Source: a virus (lineage: Duplodnaviria > Heunggongvirae > Uroviricota > Caudoviricetes). From it: a DNA stretch of 4,174 nucleotides. Of the stretch, positions 1 to 4,174 are shown in pieces. The DNA is taken from the IMG/VR virus record IMGVR_UViG_2695420624_000001. One strand, given 5' to 3'. How positions within the stretch are numbered: position 1 is the first letter of the stretch; each line of letters starts with the position of its first letter. Both the position numbers and the translations under genes were made by a program. The notes under the pieces are model-generated. The model was not told the DNA's origin, made no database searches, and worked only from the letters and a program-made list of their open reading frames with translations.

Positions 1-209
1 CATCAAATCACATGATTCTGGCACAATATTCGTAACCAGTAAGCGCATACCCTGAATCACTTAAAAGTGTAACTCTCAGGGTTCGAATGACTATATCTGG
101 CACAAAGCGGACAACCACGCCAGATCTACCCTGTGCCATGAAAAATGAGAATGTCAATTCACTCCTGAACTAATGCTTTTTAATCTAGTAACGTCTAAAA
201 TACCTAACA

Positions 210-611
210 TTATCCCTGATAAAATGCCAGTATGCGCTGCATAACTTCACTCATCCGGCACTCGCGACAGATTATGTTTAGGCGACTGTCGTAGCGACGT
301 ATTTCTCCATCAGGTAACGACCAGATAAGGTCCGGATCAACCACAGCTGTTTTCTTCACCTTTGCCCTCGATAGTTTTTTGCGGGCGTTTTGCCAGTCCT
401 TACGCGCCTGTTCAGACGGGAATAACCCGTAGCCGGAGTTGTATACATCGCCACTGGCTACCAGCTCTCTGGCAAGAACGCTCATCAGATATCTAGTCGC
501 ACCTGTTTTAGCTTCCAGTTGCCGTAACGTCTCACGACCGCTCTGGCGCACGAGTTCCACCACCTGCCCTTTAATTTTTTCCCGCTCTTCTTGTGTAAAA
601 ACTTTTGCCAC
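210..611 (-). CDS. Hypothetical prophage protein (133 aa), last gene of the leftward early operon; the N-terminal half may be a winged-helix/HTH fold; function unknown
   Basis: Long ORF in the track. The start is GTG at 609-611, preceded on the minus strand by a strong Shine-Dalgarno AAGGGGGA (plus 615-622) with a 3-nt spacer; the next in-frame Met is far downstream (residue 43). It lies 40 bp downstream of the O-like gene stop (TAA, 652-654), same strand, consistent with an operon. Stop is TAA at 210-212. No family recognised by eye. Confidence 0.6.
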   Translation of the reverse strand: MAKVFTQEEREKIKGQVVELVRQSGRETLRQLEAKTGATRYLMSVLARELVASGDVYNSGYGLFPSEQARKDWQNARKKLSRAKVKKTAVVDPDLIWSLPDGEIRRYDSRLNIICRECRMSEVMQRILAFYQG

Positions 612-651
612 AAGTCCCCCTTAAAATTACCTCATGACCTGAAATCAAAAC

Positions 652-1617
652 TTATCCTCTGAAACCAGGCGGAATTTCTGTATCCGGTTCAGAAATATGA
701 TTCACACAACGCTGTACAGGTGAACGTCCCAGGCGGATGACCAGTTCGTCCCATTTTTCGCGGAGTTTTGACGGGCTCATGATGTTTTTTACCCAGAATG
801 GATCCCGCTGTACCCGACCAAACATTTCGCAAATTTGTCTGTGGCTTCTGCCATCCAGCATCCGCATTGTGCGCACGTCATTGGCCCAGGCTGTCCAGTT
901 AGGCTCTTTTGGTCGCATGATCTCTCCATCGTCGCTGGCAGCCTGTTCGTAAAGGTTCACGATCCGCCCCCAAATCCACTGCGCACACGCCAAATCCTCC
1001 CTGCTACCCCACTGGCGTTTTTTCACACTAAACACAACCGCGTCGGGGTTCCGGGTTAAAAAATCCTGTTCAGTCGTCTGCGGGTCCGGTTGCGAAGCTT
1101 CCGGACGAAAAGTGTTTTTATTCTCTGTAGTAATCTCTGTTGTATTCTCTGTAAGATCATCAGGCCATTTTGACCCGATGACATTGGGTCGTTTTGAACC
1201 AATGAAGCGTTTCATTTTGACCTCTTCCATCGTGTCATTTTGACCTGATGGAGCGGCGCATTTTGAACCGATGGATTCGTTCAATTTGCCACCATCTAAA
1301 AGCTCGCTCCCATAGTTGATCGTGTAGAAATTGGTCATATCGCGCTTTGATTTATTGAGCTTTTCACAACGCAAAAGCCCCTGCGTTTTCAGACTTGCAA
1401 ACGCGCGTTTTAACGTTGACTCTGACCAGAATGGGAACTGTTCCAGCCATTGTTCCGTTGTGTTATAAATCCAGCGAACACCATCACATTCCATACCGGA
1501 GTTGGTATCTCTCAACCAGTAGTGCAGTTGTTGCAAAACAATGGCTTCGTTTAAGCCGATTTTCATTGCCAGCTGCGTGTTTATAACCAGTGGGCGTTCA
1601 GCAAAAAGAAGACTCAT
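652..1617 (-). CDS. Replication initiator protein, lambda O-like (N-terminal DNA-binding domain, iteron-encoded linker, C-terminal domain); the track ORF extends to 1671 with a TTG start
   Basis: A 339-aa ORF occupies the O position after the cro-like and cII-like genes. Its central part is encoded by the iteron array, giving low-complexity peptide repeats (FIGSKRPNVIGSKWPDD), as in lambda O where ori lies inside the gene. The track start at 1671 is TTG with no SD; the in-frame ATG at 1615-1617 has a partial SD (GGATGG) and is preferred; another ATG at 1564-1566 lacks an SD. Stop is TAA at 652-654. Confidence 0.65.
   Translation of the reverse strand: MSLLFAERPLVINTQLAMKIGLNEAIVLQQLHYWLRDTNSGMECDGVRWIYNTTEQWLEQFPFWSESTLKRAFASLKTQGLLRCEKLNKSKRDMTNFYTINYGSELLDGGKLNESIGSKCAAPSGQNDTMEEVKMKRFIGSKRPNVIGSKWPDDLTENTTEITTENKNTFRPEASQPDPQTTEQDFLTRNPDAVVFSVKKRQWGSREDLACAQWIWGRIVNLYEQAASDDGEIMRPKEPNWTAWANDVRTMRMLDGRSHRQICEMFGRVQRDPFWVKNIMSPSKLREKWDELVIRLGRSPVQRCVNHISEPDTEIPPGFRG
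1119..1154. repeat. AT-rich block with three tandem 12-bp repeats (TATTCTCTGTAG / TAATCTCTGTTG / TATTCTCTGTAA) next to the iterons; candidate DNA-unwinding element of the origin
   Basis: TCTCTGT recurs at 1122-1128, 1134-1140 and 1146-1152 with exact 12-bp phasing, in a locally AT-rich stretch (about 1108-1160) immediately downstream of the iterons in the gene's reading direction, as for the AT-rich region of lambda ori. Confidence 0.45.
1157..1290. repeat. Putative phage origin of replication: five to six direct iterons of about 23 bp, core CATTTTGACC/CGTTTTGAACC, several near-palindromic (e.g. CATTGGGTC-GTTTT-GAACCAATG)
   Basis: Repeat cores seen at 1166-1175, 1190-1200, 1213-1222, 1236-1245 and 1259-1269, with a degenerate copy near 1283-1290; spacing is 23-24 bp. 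Each has a central T4 tract flanked by partial dyad symmetry (CATC...GATG). They lie inside the initiator coding sequence, matching the lambda ori-in-O architecture. Confidence 0.6.
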
Positions 1618-2119
1618 AATTCCATCCAGCTTTTTGTTGGTATTGCTGTCGATACGCAAGCTTGAAAGCAATTGCTTTTTCTATAAGTTCGTCAGTTTCA
1701 CGATCTACAACGGCAGGATCTGCAAAAAGCAGTCCAGATTCCACCACATCGCCATATTCTTTATTTAACCCGGCGATCATGTACGTAATACTTTTTCCAT
1801 CACTGATCTCACGATACAACCTGAAATCACTAATCCGGATAGCCTCCATAATTGCAGGCACTAGCGCTGTGAACTTTTCACGCTTATCCCTGGTGTCGAT
1901 AGCCTTCCAGCGTTCGAATATCTTCACTCGATTAACGCTAAGCGCTCGCTGATCAACCGCGCCACCTTCATATGTGACACGCTGAACATCGATGTTCGGG
2001 CGCTCTTTCAAAGCCCAGAATGCTTCAGTGATTAATATCGTCGCCTGCTCCTGTGTCATTCCTGGTCGACATATCCAGGCATCCAGAGCCTCACGAGCCT
2101 GTTCAGGAGTGATTTTCAT
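1598..2119 (-). CDS. Early-region protein (173 aa) in the cII / YdaT position between the cro-like gene and the replication initiator; putative CII-like/YdaT-family regulator
   Basis: Long ORF with ATG at 2117-2119, overlapping the upstream DicC-like stop (TGA 2103-2105) by 17 nt, which suggests translational coupling. Its own stop is TGA at 1598-1600, overlapping the start of the O-like gene. The family call is by position and size only. Confidence 0.6.
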   Translation of the reverse strand: MKITPEQAREALDAWICRPGMTQEQATILITEAFWALKERPNIDVQRVTYEGGAVDQRALSVNRVKIFERWKAIDTRDKREKFTALVPAIMEAIRISDFRLYREISDGKSITYMIAGLNKEYGDVVESGLLFADPAVVDRETDELIEKAIAFKLAYRQQYQQKAGWNYESSFC

Positions 2120-2330
2120 TGTTCAACCGCCCCGTCCGCTTCGTCTTACGATATTCGTCATAAACTTTGGGATCATACTGAAGCTCCCCGCCAGATGCCT
2201 CCTGTAGACGCATCGCGCGACCTTCAGGAACCAGTATCCCCCAGGCAGCAACACTTGCCAGTCTCACTCCTGCGGCATTGGCAAGCTTTGTTTTGCTGCC
2301 AAAAAAAGTAATTGCGTCAACTTTAAGCAT
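2103..2330 (-). CDS. dicC: Cro-like small DNA-binding regulator, DicC/YdaS family (75 aa from the ATG at 2328-2330; the track ORF starts one codon earlier at a TTG)
   Basis: Small ORF divergent from the DicA-like repressor. A strong SD AGAGGGGG (plus 2336-2343) sits 5 nt upstream of the ATG. A sigma70-like promoter lies on the minus strand upstream. Size and position match dicC relative to dicA in Qin. Confidence 0.6.
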   Translation of the reverse strand: MLKVDAITFFGSKTKLANAAGVRLASVAAWGILVPEGRAMRLQEASGGELQYDPKVYDEYRKTKRTGRLNNENHS

Positions 2331-2343
2331 CAAAGCCCCCTCT

Positions 2344-2361
2344 TGTTAGACTTTTCTAACA
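2344..2361. promoter_or_regulatory. Operator-like palindrome O1, TGTTAG-N6-CTAACA (perfect dyad), in the dicC-dicA intergenic region
   Basis: TGTTAG at 2344-2349 and CTAACA at 2356-2361 are exact reverse complements separated by 6 bp. The site overlaps the predicted -10 and transcription start of the leftward dicC promoter. The same 18-bp motif recurs twice downstream of dicA. Confidence 0.55.
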
Positions 2362-2388
2362 TTATTGTGCGCGGGATACCTAAGTCAA
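2361..2388 (-). promoter_or_regulatory. Putative sigma70 promoter of the leftward (dicC-like) operon: -35 TTGACT and -10 AATAAT with a 16-bp spacer
   Basis: Minus-strand sequence reads TTGACT (plus 2383-2388), 16 nt, AATAAT (plus 2361-2366), about 25 nt upstream of the SD of the dicC-like gene. The -10 abuts operator O1. Confidence 0.4.
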
Positions 2389-2410
2389 GAAAAATTAGAA
2401 TTACCTAACT

Positions 2411-2818
2411 ATGGATACAAGAACCCTAGGCCAGCGAGTTCTGGCGCGACGAAAAGAATTACGCTTAACACAACGAGAAGCTGCGCGCCTCGCTGGAGTT
2501 GCTCACGTCACAATTTCACAATGGGAAAGAGACGAAACCCAGCCAGTCGGAAAACGATTGTTTGCTTTAGCGGATGCTCTGAAGTGCTCACCTACATGGC
2601 TAATGTTTGGTGATGAAGACAAGGCACCAGTGCCTGCACAAGAACTTCATGTGGAAACAGAGCTAACTCCCAACCACAAAGAATTGATCGAATTATTCGA
2701 TGCTCTTCCATCTTCCGAGCAGGAAGCCTTGCTGTCTGAAATGCGCGCAAGAGTAGAAAACTTCAACAAACTCTTCGAAGAAATGCTTAAAGCGCGTAAA
2801 AATAAATCAATAAAATAA
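2411..2818 (+). CDS. dicA: HTH XRE-family repressor, DicA-like (135 aa), the cI-analogous immunity repressor of this prophage
   Basis: ORF of 135 aa. The N-terminal helix-turn-helix (LTQREAARLAGVAHVTISQWER) and the conserved blocks LFAL...CSPTW..FGDEDK and ELFDALP.SEQ...EMRARV.NFNKLFEE..KAR match DicA of E. coli Qin as recalled from memory, with the same length. It is divergent from a Cro-like gene. Stop is TAA at 2816-2818. Confidence 0.8.
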   Translation: MDTRTLGQRVLARRKELRLTQREAARLAGVAHVTISQWERDETQPVGKRLFALADALKCSPTWLMFGDEDKAPVPAQELHVETELTPNHKELIELFDALPSSEQEALLSEMRARVENFNKLFEEMLKARKNKSIK

Positions 2819-2854
2819 CATTCTTTTCAAGTGATTAGTTGCGCCCACTCTTTT

Positions 2855-2872
2855 TGTTAGACCAACCTAACA
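2855..2872. promoter_or_regulatory. Operator-like palindrome O2, TGTTAG-accaac-CTAACA (perfect; extended arms TTTGTTAG/CTAACAAA at 2853-2874)
   Basis: Same half-sites and 6-bp spacer as O1, located just upstream of the predicted -35 of the rightward ydfA-ydfB promoter. Confidence 0.5.
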
Positions 2873-2880
2873 AAAAACAC

Positions 2881-2909
2881 TTGCCTCTCATGTTAGGTTA
2901 TTCTAAATT
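2881..2909 (+). promoter_or_regulatory. Putative repressor-controlled promoter of the rightward ydfA-ydfB (dicB-type) operon
   Basis: -35 TTGCCT (2881-2886), 17-bp spacer, -10 TAAATT (2904-2909), overlapped by O3 and preceded by O2. This is analogous to the DicA-repressed dicB-operon promoter in Qin. The hexamers are only moderate matches to consensus. Confidence 0.35.
2891..2908. promoter_or_regulatory. Operator-like site O3, TGTTAG-gttatt-CTAAAT (right half-site degenerate, 4 of 6)
   Basis: Same left half-site and spacer length as O1/O2. It lies between the predicted -35 TTGCCT (2881-2886) and -10 TAAATT (2904-2909) of the rightward promoter, where a repressor operator would sit. Confidence 0.4.
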
Positions 2910-2986
2910 ACTTTCCATCAAGACACCGCACGGTGTTCTCAGCAAACAGTTCCGCTACCCCGGCGTTAAGGGGAAATGAGGTCAGC

Positions 2987-3142
2987 ATGGATACTATCGA
3001 TCTTGGCAACAACGAATCTCTGGTATGCGGCGTGTTTCCCAACCAAGACGGCACGTTCACCGCGATGACGTATACCAAAAGCAAAACGTTTAAAACCGAA
3101 GCTGGCGCGCATCGCTGGCTGGAAAGAAATTCAGGTGAGTGA
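2987..3142 (+). CDS. ydfA: YdfA-like small protein (51 aa), first gene of the dicB-type operon downstream of dicA
   Basis: The ATG at 2987-2989 is preceded by GAGG (2978-2981). The track ORF (2933..3142) starts at an upstream GTG without an SD, so the shorter form is preferred. Size (51 aa) and position immediately downstream of dicA match ydfA of Qin as recalled. Stop is TGA at 3140-3142. Confidence 0.6.
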   Translation: MDTIDLGNNESLVCGVFPNQDGTFTAMTYTKSKTFKTEAGAHRWLERNSGE

Positions 3143-3143
3143 T

Positions 3144-3272
3144 ATGGATTTCGACGCAATCATGGAAAAGGCTTACGAAGAATACTTCGAAGGCCTTGCC
3201 GAAGGCGAAGAAGCTCTCAGCTTCAGCGAATTTAAACAGGCGCTTTCCAGTTCGGCAAAAGCTAACAACTGA
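3144..3272 (+). CDS. ydfB: YdfB-like small protein (42 aa): MDFDAIMEKAYEEYFEGLAEGEEALSFSEFKQALSSSAKANN
   Basis: Not in the ORF track (too short); found by manual translation. The ATG at 3144-3146 lies 1 nt after the ydfA stop (TGAtATG), with GGTGAG upstream. It is 42 codons to TGA at 3270-3272. Size and position match ydfB of Qin as recalled. The acidic, helical-looking composition is plausible for a small protein. Confidence 0.55.
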   Translation: MDFDAIMEKAYEEYFEGLAEGEEALSFSEFKQALSSSAKANN

Positions 3273-3342
3273 GAGGTTTATGATGGAATTGAGAGTTTGT
3301 TTCAAACTCTCAATAAACCAGAGGCAGGTAAGGAGCGTTAAA

Positions 3343-3362
3343 TTATTGCTTGAAAGCAATAA
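3343..3362 (-). terminator. Hairpin (8-bp perfect stem TTATTGCT/AGCAATAA, 4-nt loop) immediately 3' of the 177-aa minus-strand gene; possible weak intrinsic terminator
   Basis: Perfect inverted repeat at 3343-3350 and 3355-3362, 2 nt beyond the TGA stop (3365-3367) of the minus-strand gene. On the minus strand it is followed by TTTAA only, so the U-tract is short, and the stem is AT-rich. Confidence 0.3.
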
Positions 3363-3364
3363 GA

Positions 3365-3898
3365 TCACTCAATCTCACCGCTATAGGCATTCCATCTGAG
3401 CATGAGGGTACGCCAGAAAATATCGTTTATGTGCAAAACACAGTATGGATTTTCGTCGGGAAGGAGTTGCCCTTCCATGGGGAGCAAAATATTAGTAGAT
3501 ACCAGTTTTTTTATATCAGAATCATTGCGTACAGCATGGATCACAGGATAGTTCCTCGATAATGCCGTAATAAGAATTTTTTTCTGACCCGCAGTCAAGG
3601 AATCGATAACTGCATTGATATGACTGATTGTTTTTTGTTCTCTTGTATTGTTCCGGTGACTTCGCCAGACCTTACGAAGAAATAAAGCTAAACGTTGGAG
3701 ATTTATAGCCAGCACAAAAGAAAAGGCAAAAACGAATACCGGGTAAATATAAGGAATGCTGATTTTGTCTTGAACATACTCCGGTACAGAATCAGGCATA
3801 AAGAGCAATATCAAAACAAAGATAATAAGCATATACATAAGGCGCTCTAAGGGTTCGTTACTGAATAACTTGCTCAACAAGCCGAATACATCAGGCAT
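3365..3898 (-). CDS. sieB: Two-transmembrane membrane protein (177 aa) in an AT-rich island; SieB-like (superinfection exclusion protein B) by architecture and synteny
   Basis: Long ORF with ATG at 3896-3898 and GAGAG upstream. Two hydrophobic segments (about residues 20-36 LMYMLIIFVLILLFMP and 49-72 IPYIYPVFVFAFSFVLAINL) precede a soluble C-terminal domain of about 100 aa. It is markedly more AT-rich than its neighbours. It is oriented opposite to the rightward early operon and points back toward the repressor, as sieB does relative to racR/kilR in Rac. The symbol is a position-and-architecture call, not a verified alignment. Confidence 0.5.
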   Translation of the reverse strand: MPDVFGLLSKLFSNEPLERLMYMLIIFVLILLFMPDSVPEYVQDKISIPYIYPVFVFAFSFVLAINLQRLALFLRKVWRSHRNNTREQKTISHINAVIDSLTAGQKKILITALSRNYPVIHAVRNDSDIKKLVSTNILLPMEGQLLPDENPYCVLHINDIFWRTLMLRWNAYSGEIE

Positions 3899-4010
3899 AT
3901 TAATAACTCTCTACTGTAAGGGTATTAAAATGCTATCACAGACTCTCGCTGTAGGGGTATAGCCGAGACCACCGAGCCTGAAGTGGTAAAAAGACAGGCA
4001 CACAACACGA

Positions 4011-4074
4011 AAGCGCACGGCGAGGCTGTTAGTTCATAAATGGTCTGTCGTTAAATTTTCGTCGACCGTGCGCT
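4011..4074. other. Long-range perfect inverted repeat AAGCGCACGG (4011-4020) / CCGTGCGCTT (4065-4074) enclosing a 44-nt AT-richer loop, within a GC-rich non-coding stretch
   Basis: Exact 10-bp reverse-complement arms seen directly. The surrounding 3940-4174 also holds small GC hairpins (CCGCG-aaatgg-CGCGG at 4090-4105; CGGGG-N9-CCCCG at 4118-4136). No ATG-initiated ORF of meaningful length on either strand. Confidence 0.3.
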
Positions 4075-4174
4075 TCCGGTTGTGGCAATCCGCGAAATGG
4101 CGCGGCGGTAAGTATGGCGGGGTTATTCCTTCCCCGTTGAGGACACCGGGTTGTCAGGTTGACCATACGCTTAA

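Noticed and set aside
17-33. TGGCAC elements (19-24 and 98-103) as possible sigma54 -24 boxes
   Set aside because: There is no GC/TTGC -12 element at the required spacing downstream (TCGT and GGAC instead), so a sigma54 promoter is not supported.
79-88. GGTTCGAAT motif resembling a tRNA T-loop
   Set aside because: The flanking sequence cannot form a T-stem or acceptor stem and there is no CCA-proximal pairing partner; judged a chance match, not a tRNA or att core.
439-2207. Plus-strand ORFs of 61-96 aa at 439-624, 737-952, 835-1059, 1395-1586, 1541-1768, 1662-1952 and 1992-2207
   Set aside because: All lie antisense within the longer, RBS-supported minus-strand genes (133-aa, O-like, 173-aa), have odd low-complexity compositions and no convincing ribosome-binding sites. 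They are treated as shadow ORFs.
2103-2333. TTG start at 2331-2333 for the DicC-like gene, as given in the ORF track
   Set aside because: The adjacent ATG at 2328-2330 has ideal spacing from the AGAGGGGG Shine-Dalgarno; the TTG would sit only about 2 nt from the SD.
2365-2613. Plus-strand 82-aa ORF overlapping the start of dicA in another frame
   Set aside because: It begins inside the divergent promoter/operator region and is out of frame with the well-supported DicA-like HTH ORF; no independent support.
2829-2855. Intrinsic terminator after dicA (AGTG...CACT stem followed by TTTTT at 2851-2855)
   Set aside because: The stem is only about 4 bp with a 12-nt loop, which is too weak to call. 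The T-tract also forms part of the extended arm of operator O2.
2908-3368. Minus-strand ORFs 2908-3159 (83 aa) and 3090-3368 (92 aa)
   Set aside because: They are antisense to the ydfA-like and ydfB-like genes, which have SD sequences and match the expected small-gene order downstream of dicA; they would also run through the operator/promoter region.
3273-3400. DicF sRNA downstream of ydfB, as in Qin
   Set aside because: I could not find the DicF sequence as I remember it (a GC-rich 3' hairpin with a U-tract) anywhere in the window. This rests on memory only; an Rfam scan with the DicF model would be decisive.
3139-3562. Plus-strand ORFs 3139-3399 (86 aa) and 3350-3562 (70 aa)
   Set aside because: The 5' part of 3139-3399 is out of frame with the ydfB-like gene, which has the better start context; only its 3' portion from ATG 3280/3283 is kept as a low-confidence remnant (see findings). 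3350-3562 is antisense within the 177-aa membrane-protein gene.
3990-4174. Open plus-strand frame (about 62 codons, no stop) suggesting a gene starting here
   Set aside because: There is no in-frame ATG, no SD, and the translation is extremely basic and Trp/Arg-rich. The opposite strand is equally open, so the absence of stops is a by-product of high GC content rather than evidence of coding.
1-4174. CRISPR arrays, IS elements or terminal inverted repeats, integrase or att sites
   Set aside because: No regularly spaced identical repeats with unique spacers, no transposase-like ORF, and no recognisable att core or tRNA gene were found. The only tandem repeats are the origin iterons and the 12-bp AT-rich repeats.

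Overview
This window reads as the immunity and early-replication region of a lambdoid (Qin/Rac-like) enterobacterial prophage. A leftward operon on the minus strand runs Cro-like DicC/YdaS-family gene (2103-2330), a 173-aa CII/YdaT-position gene (1598-2119), a lambda O-like replication initiator (652-1617) with an internal origin (about 23-bp iterons at 1157-1290 plus an AT-rich 12-bp tandem-repeat block at 1119-1154), and a 133-aa unknown gene (210-611). Divergent from it on the plus strand is a DicA-like HTH repressor (2411-2818), flanked by three 18-bp operator-like palindromes (TGTTAG-N6-CTAACA) at 2344-2361, 2855-2872 and 2891-2908. These are followed by ydfA-like (2987-3142) and ydfB-like (3144-3272) small genes. 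The dicB-type operon then breaks off into an AT-rich island (about 3280-3940) carrying a reverse-oriented 177-aa two-transmembrane protein in the position and orientation of sieB in Rac, which is the best candidate for a phage-exclusion cargo gene. The final 230 bp (3940-4174) are GC-rich, lack a convincing ORF and contain a 10-bp perfect inverted repeat. All family names rest on remembered features of these families and on synteny; no database search was possible, and nothing here is demonstrably a new system from sequence alone.
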